From: Candidatus Micrarchaeota archaeon
Lineage (GTDB): Archaea; Iainarchaeota; Iainarchaeia; Iainarchaeales; JAGVWC01
Reading direction: 5' to 3'
DNA length: 64,000 nucleotides
Assembly (NCBI GenBank): GCA_043803815.1
Contig: JAZDJR010000014.1
Coordinates: forward strand, 40,389 to 104,388
Below the pieces are notes generated by a model that made no database searches, was not told the origin of the DNA, and worked only from the letters and a program-made list of their open reading frames with translations. Below, piece after piece: positions 32,744-43,303 of this stretch. Numbering within the stretch: the first letter of the stretch is position 1; each line of letters starts with the position of its first letter. A program made the translations under genes and the position numbers.

Positions 32744-35700
32744 TTATTGGATGCACGCGTTTTGCGCATTTTCGGTTTCTTGTTGCAGGGTGTCCAGGAC
32801 TATTTTGGGGTTCCAGAAAAAGTCGGTTTTTTGGGTGTTGCCAAGGCCGTTTACGCAGACGACTCCGTCTTTGACCAGTTGCAGCACATCTTCGACGGTT
32901 TGGATGGGGTTATCTTTGGAATCTTTGGATAAGCCGGATACTCCGTTGAGTTCAAGGGATGTTCCGCGCGTGTTTGCTCCGATTAGTTCCGCGTCGTCGC
33001 GGCTTTCGGTTTTGGCGAGAGTCGAGATGCTTTTGACCGGAGTGTAAAACACGGACTGCAAAAACACGGTTCCGCTTTTGTCTTTTTGGCACCATTCCAA
33101 GCCGTAAGAATTATTGGCGCGGCTGGCGCAGCTGGAAGTTCCGCTGGGTCTATCGGGGTATTCCTGATAGGTGTCCATTCCGTTGCCGAAAAAGTCCTGG
33201 CATTTTCCGACTCCGTTCCATTTGGCCAAAGAGCTGAAATTGGATTGTTTTTGGCCGTCGACTTCCAAATTGTAAAACACGAATGCGTCGCGCTTGTTGT
33301 CGTTGGTTAATTTTACGAGTACGGGGCTTGCAAGGCTTGGGGCCAGGTCCAGTTCGTTTTTGCCAAGGTCAATGGACAATACCTGTCCGCGCTTGTCGAT
33401 GTTAAGCGTTTTGAAGTCCGTAATTGTTTGGTTTTTGAGTGTAAGTACGGGGTTGCTTCCGACAATGTTGTTTAAGCGTACGCTTTGCTCCGTGCTTTGG
33501 TTTAAGACAACCGTGTCTTCGGGGGATAATAATTCGTAGTTGAGCCCGTAGCCGGTTCGGCCGCTGTCGATTCCGATTTGGCCGTCAAACGGCAGGTAAT
33601 AAAACGGGCTGGAAGGCTTGGCGTCCTTGGTTTTTTCCATAGTGACAATAATTTTGGCGGCCGGCTGGTGGTTTTTGAACCAGGTGAACGATTTGTCCGA
33701 AAAATTCGCGTCTACCAAAATTTTGTAGCTTCCGGGTCCGAGCAGCGGATTGACCGGCGCTCCCAAATAATCGAATGTGAAAGCGCTCGGGTCGGAGAAG
33801 TATTGTCCGAGGCCGTCCTGCTCTGAATAATATTGCGGGGTTTGGAACAGGGTTTTGGTGAGCGCGTAATTGTGAAAGTCGTTTCGAAAGTCCGCGCTGT
33901 AGCCGTCCTTTATTAAAGTGGCTTCGAAGTTCACGAGTTTTAGGACTTGTTCTTTGGTCAGGCCGCTCGGATAAGCAATGGTTTTGTTTTGGCGTTCGGT
34001 TGCGGTGATAAAACTTTCCAGGCGCGAAGTGGAAACCGGATCGCAGACCAAAATTCCGCTGTCAAGGCCGATTCGTGTTTCTTTGGCAATCGAATCGTTA
34101 ATCGCGGAGCTGTTTTGGCAGTCAACGCAGTCGGCGATTCCGGTAATGGCCGAATGCAGCGTATACGTTCCGGAAGCGATATTGGAAATGGTACATCCGA
34201 CGGTTTCGTGCGACAAAACTGTTGCGGTATTGGTGCAGGTTTGGAGCGCTTGGCCGGAATTCTTGTCGGAAATCGTTGTAGTGACAGTGGCTGTTAGCAA
34301 TCGCTGGTTATTGGATTCAATGGTCGTGACTACATTGATGTCGGCTCCGCTTTTTTTGGTTTCAATTCCCGTAAGGCCGACATCGAGTGCTGTTGTGGAC
34401 AAGTCTTGGCGGATTGCCGGTTCGGTTCCGATTAATGGCGGGCATTCGAGTCCGTTTGAATTGGCTTCCAAAAATTCGCGCAGGGATTGCAGTTTTTGCA
34501 GCAAGGCAATGCTGAATTGCGTGGCGTCGCAATAAATGTGGCTTGGGTTGTCCGAGTCGCAGGAATCGGCTTTGATGTCGGTCCAGTTCCACGAAAATTT
34601 TACTTTGGGAACCGCGTTGGCACCCGTGCTTCCGGTGAGTGCGCCGATTTGGCAGTTTCCGATTTCGTTTGAACCAAGCGTATTATTCAGGTCGGCTTGG
34701 TAAGAATTAAGCTGGATGTGAAATTTGGCGTCGATATTCTGGCTTTGGGCTTCGCGTAATTGGGTTGGAACTTCTTTTTTGTAGGCTTGGTCGGGATTGT
34801 AAAAATGCCGGGTTCCTTTGACATCCATAACCGCGTAAAACGGCGAGTATTGGTCGGGTTGGAGCAAATTGCCCGTATTTTCGATTTTCAGATAAGCGGT
34901 TTCGGTTTGCAGGGCTTGGTTGTCCAAACGAGGGCTAAAAGTAGGCCTTCGGTACTCGCTTAATGCGGCTCCATCAAAGGGAACATTGGTTTGCGTGCCT
35001 GGAGTTTGGATTAAAAAGAACGCCTGGCGGTTATAAGGCAAAATGGAGTCTAATAGTCCGCCGATGGCTTGTCCGATGCCGCCCAAACCGCTATTTTGGC
35101 CTAAAATTCCGCCATTCGAACTTCCGCCGCCCAGTCCCGAGGGCAATCCGTTTCCGCCAAAGGAAAATCCGAATCCAAATAATCCGCCGCCAAGTTCCAA
35201 GTCTTTTTGAACAAGCAATAATCGGACATCTTCCTGCGCGGAATATGCCTGCAAGGTTCCGGCCGCGTACATCATCATGGCCATGCTAAACGGGTCGTTT
35301 CCGCCGCCTGCTACCGTAACTGCGGCGGTAATGGTTTGCAGGTCGGCAAGTTCGCTCGCGTCTTTTTCGCGTGCTTTGTCAATCTGCGCGTTTCCGGTGT
35401 GCTCGATTTCAACATCGGAAGAACCCATGGGCAGTCCAATCAATCCGGTATTGGAAATCGGCAAGTTGGATGTTTTTGCAGGTCTGGCTGTGGGCAGTAT
35501 GGTTCCGCCCGGAGCGGTTGTGCCATTTGGAGTTCCTGAAGCGGGATTATTGGTTCCGGAATTGAGGAGTTCGTAATATCCTTGTGGATTATAACCAACT
35601 TGGGTATATACGCCGCCGTTTTGGGTATAATAAAAATTGCTGCCGCTCGCGCCAATTGTATTGTTCATGATAAGCGGTTGTTGGACTAATTGGCCGTTGG

Positions 35701-38700
35701 AAAGTTTGACCATGGCCATTCCTTTGCAGGTGTAATTGGGGTCTAGATTTCCGCAGGGAGAAGCGGGTACAACCGTGCTTGAAGAACCGCTTTTTTCATT
35801 GTTATCTTTTGAATCTTTGTCCGGACTGTCGCTTTTGAGTTTTTCCGCCAGGTTTCCGTTGAATACCTGCTGCATCATGCCGATCATGAGTCCCATGGCC
35901 GCGGCTTTTTTGCCCGCTTTTTGCGCTTCCTTAAACGAATGCTTGTCAACCATTATGGGAACCGGCTTGTCCAGGCAAAAATTAAACGCGCGCGTCGTGT
36001 CGATTCCCTGGGATTGGTTTCCCTTGAAAATATTAAATTCGAATTTGTTGATTTGAATGCAGTCCTGCGGATTCGTGTGAATCACGACGGGAATATTTTT
36101 GATTGGTTTTGGCGTTCGGATATCGCTGGACTGGATGTACACCTTGACGCCGTATTGCCCCGGATAATTGTCCTCGCCCATTACGACGATTTGGTCGCTT
36201 TCGTCGTCGGCCTTAAGCTGAATTTGCTGCACGTTCATGTTAAGCGGCGACTCAAAAGTAATCGTGACGGGTCCGCCGCATTTGGTGGTTTTGATTTTGA
36301 ACGAATCCTGCACCGGTGCCGCCATTCCGCCTGCGGCCAATGGCAATACTTGTTGGCCGGTAAGTGGGGTTGTAGAAGCCGTGCTTGCGGTGTTAGCCGT
36401 TCCGGTTGTTGCGCTTAAAACTCCCGAATTGGTAGTGCCGTTAGAGCCAAATGTGCCGTAGCCGTTGTTGGTTTGGCCGTATCCGGCATAACCGGAAGGG
36501 TATGCTCCGTAGGGACTGTCGGCTTGCGAATAAGCTAGTGATGGGGCAAATCCGGGTCCGATTCCGCCGCCAAATCCGCCTGGTGAACCGTATCCGCTGC
36601 CGTAACCTCCGATTCCGCCGTATCCTCCGATTCCGCTCAGGCCGCTTGCTCCGCCGAATCCGCCGTAACCGCCGGCTAATCCGCCGAAGCTTCCCTGTCC
36701 GACGTTTTCAAAGTCGCCGTTTAATATTTGCTGGTTGTAGCTTTGGCCGAATCCGTTTAAGCGCGGCGCAAAAATATTTTGAGTAACCATTTCAAGCTGT
36801 TCTTTGCTGAACGCCACGCATTCTTTAAGATTAATCACTTCAATGGAAGCGGATAGGGATGCCTTGACGATTTGGGGTTTTGCGTCTGTTGGATGACTGG
36901 CCTGAAATTGAATTATAGCCTGGGCAATGTCAAATATTCCGCCGCTTGGGGTAAATGTCAATTTGGCGTGGCTTTTTTCTTCCGAGGCCATGGCGGGCAA
37001 AATTGTTTTGAAAAATCCTGTGCGCAAAGTAGAGCCGCCGGAACTCGTCACGATATCAAAGTCTCCTGCGCGGTTGGATTGCCATTCGATTTTGGCTTCG
37101 ATTTCCTGCAAAGCAACGGGTGTTCCGCCAACCGAACAATTATTTTCAATGTCAAATTCCACAAAAACGGGTTTTCCTTCGGTCGAGGTTTTCCATTCGG
37201 ATTTGGATACTGACAAACAAGCGGGGTCGTCTAGTTCTCCGCCGATTCCGATATTAATCGCAACGGGAATGTCAAATGCCCACGCATGGCCGAAGTTTTC
37301 AAGTTCAATGTCAATGTTTCCGGTTATATCGACGGGTTCGCTGACTTGGTTTCCAAGTTCGCTAAGCTGCATCGTAATCGGGAATTGCTTGGTTTCGCCA
37401 GCCTTGATTTCGTTTTGGCTGTACAAGCCAAGTGAATTGGAAAGAGCGGTTTCGTCGATTAATCCGTAAAATTTTCCCGTCATCTGGATTTTGCGGACAA
37501 ACAATGAAAACAGGGTTTTGTTTTCGACGTCGACTGTTTTTTGCTCGGTTTTTTTGGTGTTCGCGTTAAATCCGAATCCAAGCTGGGTTGGCCGCACTAC
37601 GGCAACATCCCCGCTGACGGACAGGTCTTTTTGGGCGGGTTTGTAATCGGTTTTTTCGGCTTTAACCACAAGTTTTTCTCCGGGAAGCTGGCTTGGCAAA
37701 GTGATTATCGCGTTTCCTTGGCTGTTGGTTGTGCTTGTCAATAAGCTTCGTTCAAAGCGGTCCAAAACCGTGACTACCGCCCGGTCCAATGGCTCGCCGG
37801 TTGCGGAATCTGTTACATTAACGGTAACTTCGTTTTCAATTCCCGCGGGCAACAAGTCCGGAGTAACGGTCAATGAAAGTTCTTTTTCGCTTGGAATGCG
37901 GAACAATAATTCGCCTTCGAAAACGATTTTGCTTTGGTCCTTGTCCACGATTTGGATAAACAAGGAGGAGTCAACCGCTTTTTTCGGGGTGAACGAAATT
38001 GTTCCAGAGATGTGGCGCTGGGGAGAAAAATCGCCGATGTCAATATGCGGCAATTCGTATCCTTTGAGTGTTCCGCTGACGGGCTGCGAACCCGTTGAAA
38101 ATGCGGTCTGAATTGTATACGCGCTCATTTCCAAGGACTCGGGCTTGTTTTTCACGCGCAATTCCGCGTTCTTAAACGAGTCGACGTCTTTACCGGAAAC
38201 GTTCGCGAGTGAAAACGACAAAACGTAATTCTTGAATAACTGGGCGTCAAAAGAATTGTTGTTCGCGGGCAAGTTGAGTTCTTCGTTGACATCGCGGATA
38301 CTGGCTTCAAAGCAAAACCTGTCGTCGCACAGGGTTCCCGAGCCCACGACAAAACTCGCAAGTTTGGCGTCCGAATACAAATCGTTGGCCGAACCGCTGT
38401 TGTCCACAGGGTCGCGAACGATTGTTCCGCCTTTTTTGGTCCAGCCGCGGTAATACACTGTCAACTGGTCCCCCAAGCTTGCGGCTTCCTTGATGTGAAT
38501 GGGCGCCTCGACCAGATAAACGCTTGCGCGCGGCTGTTTCCAAACAATGTTGGCCCATTTGGCATTTGCGTTTGTCGCTTGTCCGATATCCACGGTGTAA
38601 TTTCCGGTAAAAGAAGTGGATTTCAAAATATTGGATTGCGGCGCATTCGCGCTTTTGATAAACAGCAGGTCTTTTTCCATAATGGTGTCTTTTCCCGTAC

Positions 38701-40723
38701 GAATGTGCAGTCCAAATTCGTCAAGCCGCTGGCCGGATTCTGTTACTTGGCTTTGCGGAATCTTGACCAAAAACCTTCCCACATAATCCTGCCCCGGCGC
38801 AAGCGATACCGTTTGGGTGGTGCTGTTAGGCGCAAAAAAATTGCCCTGGAATAATTCCAAAAACTCGACTTGGAATTTGGTTACCGGCGGGTACAACGTG
38901 ACCGTCAGTTGCTGGACGGTTTGAGGAATGATTTCGATTTCAGGAGTGACAAACGACGCCAAATTTTCTTTTTGGACGATTGCAAAAACTTTTTTGTCCG
39001 CGCGGGTTTCAAAATTCAGCACGCCTTGTCCGTCGGTCGGAACGGGCCCGCCGCCAAACGTATTATTGGTCAAAGTGTCAATCAAAAAAACGGTTGCGAA
39101 CGGAACCGGTTGGCCATCCTTGTCGATTACGAGCAAGCGCAAAGTGCCGTTTGGAATCTGCATGGTAACCGTCAAATTGGGCCTTGAATCCGACTGGTTT
39201 TGGTTGTTAAAATAAGCGGGGTCTGCCCAACCCGAAATTTTTCCCTTGGACGCAAATGCGGTGTACGTTCCCGCGGGCATTCCGCTGAATCGGACCTGGC
39301 CGTTCATGTCCGATAATTTTTGGTCTGTTCCCAAAAAGAATTTCCCTTCGTTTGCCATGGTAACGCTTGCGTTCTGGACGGGCTTTCCGTCCTGGTCGAC
39401 GACCTGCACTAAAACGGTTCCGCCGCAGGCAACAGACAGCGGATTGAGTTCGATGATATACTGGCCGGGAACGATTCGGATGCCGGTTCTGGTTTCAAAG
39501 CAATAATTGGCGGCGGTAATTGCAACGTCGAATTCCGCATCCTGATTAACGTTGAAAATGACAAATCCGTTGTTGTCCGAACTCGTGGTTTTGCGGTCGA
39601 TTTCAACCCGGTTTAAACGCAAAGAAACCGACGCGTTATTGACCGCGGTTTGAAGAGCCTTGTCCACGATTTTGATTTTGATGCTGCCGACAATATTGCG
39701 GGTTAACGCGAGCGAAACCACGGTGCGCTGGTTGGCTTGGATGATAACGCTTGATTTGGTTTGCGAACCGAAGTTTGCGGTTGCCTGTGTGCGGATGGTA
39801 TATGTTCCGGTGTTGACAAAATCAAAAAACGCGGTGCCGCTGGCGCTTGCTTTTTGCAAAACCAAAATGCTTCCGGTCGAATCGAACAACTGCACCATGA
39901 CCGGTTCCAATACCGGGCTTGCGCCATCGGTCAAGTCCACTTCAAGGCTTCCCTGGCTCTGATCCAAAGAACCTTCCGACAAAGTCAGGGTAATTATTTG
40001 CGGTTCGTTGTAAATCGGCTGGGATTCGACAGTTCTGAATTTGGAACTGGTTACTCTCGCCACTAATCCGTTGCAGTTTCCGGGTTCGACTACCTGCGCT
40101 TGTCCCGTTGCGGTCGTAATCGAATCGGGAACGCGGGCGCTCGGGTTCAGGCAAAAAAACGTCAGGCGGATTTCTTCGTTGATAATCGGCTGGTTGTCGG
40201 TGTTGACCAGGCGAATCGTGTGCAGTTTTGTTTCTCCGGTTCCGCCGCCGCCATCGCTTCCAATCGGCATTAAGCGCGCGGTATGCGTGATTGAATTCAA
40301 CAGTTTGATGGTGTCCGACGTGTACGGCTCATAGCCGTCCTGATTAATGGTTACTATAATGTCCGAATTTTTCGGGATTGAAAAAGCGGACGTGCTTCCA
40401 TTGATTGCGGTTGCCGCGTTCAGGGTTTTGCCGCCGAATGTGACAATCACATTGACATTGGCCAATGGCTGGTCCTGGTCGTCCAGCACGCTGACAATGA
40501 ACTGCTGGTTTTGGCCGCTGAAATAATTGAACGCGAAAAAACCCGCGGCCAGAACCAATAAAAGAATAATAACCAAAACAATGGCAAATGAAGGAACTAT
40601 TTTGTCCAAGGGTTCGATGACTGAATAAACCGGAATGCCTTTGGAATCCAATGAATCCAAAAATTGGTAATAGCCGTCTTCCCACCGAAAATAAGTGTCG
40701 CGAATAGAATCCATCAAACCCAA
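32744..40723 (-). CDS. Giant membrane-anchored surface protein 1 (2659 aa)
   Basis: Conserved leader plus TM helix, carboxypeptidase-regulatory-like/Ig repeats (V.D..G.P+.NA.V), Cys-paired modules, Gly/Tyr insert, YCDATQF motif. Confidence 0.88.
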   Translation of the reverse strand: MGLMDSIRDTYFRWEDGYYQFLDSLDSKGIPVYSVIEPLDKIVPSFAIVLVIILLLVLAAGFFAFNYFSGQNQQFIVSVLDDQDQPLANVNVIVTFGGKTLNAATAINGSTSAFSIPKNSDIIVTINQDGYEPYTSDTIKLLNSITHTARLMPIGSDGGGGTGETKLHTIRLVNTDNQPIINEEIRLTFFCLNPSARVPDSITTATGQAQVVEPGNCNGLVARVTSSKFRTVESQPIYNEPQIITLTLSEGSLDQSQGSLEVDLTDGASPVLEPVMVQLFDSTGSILVLQKASASGTAFFDFVNTGTYTIRTQATANFGSQTKSSVIIQANQRTVVSLALTRNIVGSIKIKIVDKALQTAVNNASVSLRLNRVEIDRKTTSSDNNGFVIFNVNQDAEFDVAITAANYCFETRTGIRIVPGQYIIELNPLSVACGGTVLVQVVDQDGKPVQNASVTMANEGKFFLGTDQKLSDMNGQVRFSGMPAGTYTAFASKGKISGWADPAYFNNQNQSDSRPNLTVTMQIPNGTLRLLVIDKDGQPVPFATVFLIDTLTNNTFGGGPVPTDGQGVLNFETRADKKVFAIVQKENLASFVTPEIEIIPQTVQQLTVTLYPPVTKFQVEFLELFQGNFFAPNSTTQTVSLAPGQDYVGRFLVKIPQSQVTESGQRLDEFGLHIRTGKDTIMEKDLLFIKSANAPQSNILKSTSFTGNYTVDIGQATNANAKWANIVWKQPRASVYLVEAPIHIKEAASLGDQLTVYYRGWTKKGGTIVRDPVDNSGSANDLYSDAKLASFVVGSGTLCDDRFCFEASIRDVNEELNLPANNNSFDAQLFKNYVLSFSLANVSGKDVDSFKNAELRVKNKPESLEMSAYTIQTAFSTGSQPVSGTLKGYELPHIDIGDFSPQRHISGTISFTPKKAVDSSLFIQIVDKDQSKIVFEGELLFRIPSEKELSLTVTPDLLPAGIENEVTVNVTDSATGEPLDRAVVTVLDRFERSLLTSTTNSQGNAIITLPSQLPGEKLVVKAEKTDYKPAQKDLSVSGDVAVVRPTQLGFGFNANTKKTEQKTVDVENKTLFSLFVRKIQMTGKFYGLIDETALSNSLGLYSQNEIKAGETKQFPITMQLSELGNQVSEPVDITGNIDIELENFGHAWAFDIPVAINIGIGGELDDPACLSVSKSEWKTSTEGKPVFVEFDIENNCSVGGTPVALQEIEAKIEWQSNRAGDFDIVTSSGGSTLRTGFFKTILPAMASEEKSHAKLTFTPSGGIFDIAQAIIQFQASHPTDAKPQIVKASLSASIEVINLKECVAFSKEQLEMVTQNIFAPRLNGFGQSYNQQILNGDFENVGQGSFGGLAGGYGGFGGASGLSGIGGYGGIGGYGSGYGSPGGFGGGIGPGFAPSLAYSQADSPYGAYPSGYAGYGQTNNGYGTFGSNGTTNSGVLSATTGTANTASTASTTPLTGQQVLPLAAGGMAAPVQDSFKIKTTKCGGPVTITFESPLNMNVQQIQLKADDESDQIVVMGEDNYPGQYGVKVYIQSSDIRTPKPIKNIPVVIHTNPQDCIQINKFEFNIFKGNQSQGIDTTRAFNFCLDKPVPIMVDKHSFKEAQKAGKKAAAMGLMIGMMQQVFNGNLAEKLKSDSPDKDSKDNNEKSGSSSTVVPASPCGNLDPNYTCKGMAMVKLSNGQLVQQPLIMNNTIGASGSNFYYTQNGGVYTQVGYNPQGYYELLNSGTNNPASGTPNGTTAPGGTILPTARPAKTSNLPISNTGLIGLPMGSSDVEIEHTGNAQIDKAREKDASELADLQTITAAVTVAGGGNDPFSMAMMMYAAGTLQAYSAQEDVRLLLVQKDLELGGGLFGFGFSFGGNGLPSGLGGGSSNGGILGQNSGLGGIGQAIGGLLDSILPYNRQAFFLIQTPGTQTNVPFDGAALSEYRRPTFSPRLDNQALQTETAYLKIENTGNLLQPDQYSPFYAVMDVKGTRHFYNPDQAYKKEVPTQLREAQSQNIDAKFHIQLNSYQADLNNTLGSNEIGNCQIGALTGSTGANAVPKVKFSWNWTDIKADSCDSDNPSHIYCDATQFSIALLQKLQSLREFLEANSNGLECPPLIGTEPAIRQDLSTTALDVGLTGIETKKSGADINVVTTIESNNQRLLTATVTTTISDKNSGQALQTCTNTATVLSHETVGCTISNIASGTYTLHSAITGIADCVDCQNSSAINDSIAKETRIGLDSGILVCDPVSTSRLESFITATERQNKTIAYPSGLTKEQVLKLVNFEATLIKDGYSADFRNDFHNYALTKTLFQTPQYYSEQDGLGQYFSDPSAFTFDYLGAPVNPLLGPGSYKILVDANFSDKSFTWFKNHQPAAKIIVTMEKTKDAKPSSPFYYLPFDGQIGIDSGRTGYGLNYELLSPEDTVVLNQSTEQSVRLNNIVGSNPVLTLKNQTITDFKTLNIDKRGQVLSIDLGKNELDLAPSLASPVLVKLTNDNKRDAFVFYNLEVDGQKQSNFSSLAKWNGVGKCQDFFGNGMDTYQEYPDRPSGTSSCASRANNSYGLEWCQKDKSGTVFLQSVFYTPVKSISTLAKTESRDDAELIGANTRGTSLELNGVSGLSKDSKDNPIQTVEDVLQLVKDGVVCVNGLGNTQKTDFFWNPKIVLDTLQQETENAQNACIQ

Positions 40724-41071
40724 TGAAATCCCTCTTTAACGTGGTCGAATTAACATACTCGGTTTTGCTTCGTTTTTTTAATATATGGTCAAACAAGGTT
40801 TTTTCAGGCCAAAACCCCCCTAAAACCCTCAAAAATAGGCGCTTGACGTTTAAATAGTTAGCGCCCAAAAATCCCAAAAATCAAGCGATTTAAGCGAAAT
40901 TTATCGTATCGAATTCGCCAATTAACCCCCGATCGCCAAAAAAAATTCAAACCCAAAATTCGGCAACGGTTTTGTACAAAAATCAGCCAACACCATTTTA
41001 TGGTGTGCGCATACCCAAAGGGTATTGGCCGAAGGCCGACAAGACGGATAATTAAAAAACGCTTTTTTGGA

Positions 41072-42367
41072 TTACCGCACGTTTCTGACCAAAAGCGGGG
41101 GAATGACGTCGCTTTCCGCGGCTAACGGCTTGAACCGCGTGTCTATTTTTTCCTGCGAAACCAAACGGTTATTGGACGTTCGAAGGCCGTCAAGTTCGGC
41201 GGAAAGCACGACTCCGTACTCGGAATCCAAACAAATTTTTGGGGAAACCGCGGGAAAATTCTGGCGCATGTCGGAATCTAAAATCATTCCGGGGTTTTGC
41301 GAAACTTCCGCCAGCTTTTGCAAGGTCTTGTCGCCGTTGACTTGGGCGTCGAACCGTTCGCAGGCGCGGCCTGCAATTTCGATTTCACCGTTTTGGGTAA
41401 CTGAAAAAACCGTTCGGAAATTCAATTGCCAGAACCAGTCGCTTTCCGCGGTGTTCCGGCTTTTTTGCAGGAAAAATTCCCGCGTAATGCTGTCCCAGTT
41501 TGTGACAAACGACTGCAATGCGCGGACCTTGGTTTGTTCCAACGATTCGCGGTCGGTTTTGCGGCAGGTATCGGCATCGACCGGCCCTTCGCAAAAAATC
41601 GCGGTTCCGTTGTAATCAAACCATGTATTGGAATCGCTTCCGGAGATTTCCTCTATCCGAAAACTGTTTTCATATTTCAAAAAAACGGTTTGTTTTTGAA
41701 TCGGAGCCGAATCGCTTTGCAGCCAAACCGTGCGGGTTTGCGCTTCGGAAAAACTTTCCAGATTATTTACTTCGCTTGATTTTTCGCTTAATGTCAAAAA
41801 CCGGTTTAATGCCGCGTCGGGAACAACATTGTTCAATGGCGGCTCGAATAAACCGAATAATTTTTCAAAGCTGAATTTTCCCTGCCGAAAATCCTTGGCC
41901 AGCACCACTCCGTTTTGGCTTGCGTACACCAAGGCCTGGCTTGATGCCGAAACAAAAATCGCCAAGGCGATTCCGATTAAAAAAACCGCGATGATTTTTC
42001 TGTTCAGCAGGTTAAATTCGGTTTTTTTGGCCAAATCGTCAAACAGCAGTTCTCCGATTAAAACGCCCAGCAGGCCAAACCACACCAGAACGATGGTTTC
42101 GGACAAGACCAATAAGATTCCGGAAAACGATACTTTGGCGGCCTGAACAAAACCCAATGCCAAAAAAAACAGGAATCCCAAGCGGCCGAAAAAAAGCAGG
42201 GTAAAAACGGCCATGACCAGGCCCATCCATGCCAGTTCAAGCGGCGTTGTCAGATTCAGGGTCAACAGGGTATAATGCCACCCGAACATTTTGGCAAGCA
42301 AAACCCCGACAATCCATGCGCTTAAAAACGCGAAAAAGCTGATGACGAGACTTGATTTGGATGCCAT
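41072..42367 (-). CDS. Hypothetical membrane protein with C-terminal soluble domain
   Basis: About 5 TM segments, then a Cys-containing beta-rich domain (IAGRAC...KICLD.EYGVVL). Confidence 0.7.
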   Translation of the reverse strand: MASKSSLVISFFAFLSAWIVGVLLAKMFGWHYTLLTLNLTTPLELAWMGLVMAVFTLLFFGRLGFLFFLALGFVQAAKVSFSGILLVLSETIVLVWFGLLGVLIGELLFDDLAKKTEFNLLNRKIIAVFLIGIALAIFVSASSQALVYASQNGVVLAKDFRQGKFSFEKLFGLFEPPLNNVVPDAALNRFLTLSEKSSEVNNLESFSEAQTRTVWLQSDSAPIQKQTVFLKYENSFRIEEISGSDSNTWFDYNGTAIFCEGPVDADTCRKTDRESLEQTKVRALQSFVTNWDSITREFFLQKSRNTAESDWFWQLNFRTVFSVTQNGEIEIAGRACERFDAQVNGDKTLQKLAEVSQNPGMILDSDMRQNFPAVSPKICLDSEYGVVLSAELDGLRTSNNRLVSQEKIDTRFKPLAAESDVIPPLLVRNVR

Positions 42368-42809
42368 TTTAACCGAAAATAGTAACGCGATTCCTATTCT
42401 AAATGGTTGCGGTTTGGGTTGGGTGTTTTCTAAAACCAAAAAAAAACAAAATTTTTTATTTGACACCCGATTGGCGGCTTTTGTTGATATTCCAAAAATA
42501 GCCGGGCTTTATTACGTGGAAAAACCCCCGTTAAAATTGGACGAGTTCCCTTGCAGGGGACAAGCGGCGATTGGCGAGAATGACCGCCGGATTTTTCACG
42601 GCAAAAAGCGAAATAAAACGGTTTTAAATACGGGTTTTGCAGTATTTACTATATGGCGAAAAGCACTCTTCAAACGCAAACGATTCAGAAAATAAACCCG
42701 GGAGCCGAACGCGCCAAAATCGGGCAAGCCCTCAAAAAATGGGTGGATGAAACCGGTTTGCGCGGAAAAAAAATAATTCTGCCGACCCAAAAGCAAAGGG
42801 ACGAATGGA

Positions 42810-43238
42810 CTAAAGCGTACCTTGCACGAACTCAAGGGGAGTAAAACACGAAATAAGGCGCCCCGCTTTTTCCATGTCTTTTTTGTTCCAAGAAACAATT
42901 GCATTGCAATTTGATTCAAGTGCAGCCGCAACATGAACTGCGTCGGCGCGATGGATGCCTGTTTTTTGGGAAACTATTTTTGCTTGCTCACTCGAAGCGT
43001 CCTTGACGAATTCAACAGAAACTCCCAGGCATAAAAACAATTTTTCAACGCTTTTTTTGTCCGAAAAAGCGATTTTGGCGACTTCAAACAGAAAATGGTC
43101 GGAAAGCACAATACCGATTTTTTTTCCGCGGCAAAATGAAAAAAAATCTTCGGCTTGCACAAACCGCAGGTTAAACGCTCCGTCGATTTCGCTTTTGACA
43201 AACGAAATAAAAACGTTGGAATCCAGATAAACCCGCAT
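42810..43238 (-). CDS. PIN-domain (VapC-like) ribonuclease
   Basis: MRVYLDSNVF...FEV...ADAVHVAAA....CNAIVSWNKKD. Confidence 0.88.
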   Translation of the reverse strand: MRVYLDSNVFISFVKSEIDGAFNLRFVQAEDFFSFCRGKKIGIVLSDHFLFEVAKIAFSDKKSVEKLFLCLGVSVEFVKDASSEQAKIVSQKTGIHRADAVHVAAALESNCNAIVSWNKKDMEKAGRLISCFTPLEFVQGTL

Positions 43239-43303
43239 GAAAAAACGATTGCCAAAACAGGTTAAAAAATACGAAAACTTTCGGCGATTGACTTGCGGTT
43301 TTT

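Noticed and set aside
42653-42844. 63-aa plus-strand ORF as PIN antitoxin
   Set aside because: Convergent and overlapping the PIN 3' end, the wrong geometry for a TA operon; may be a fragment.
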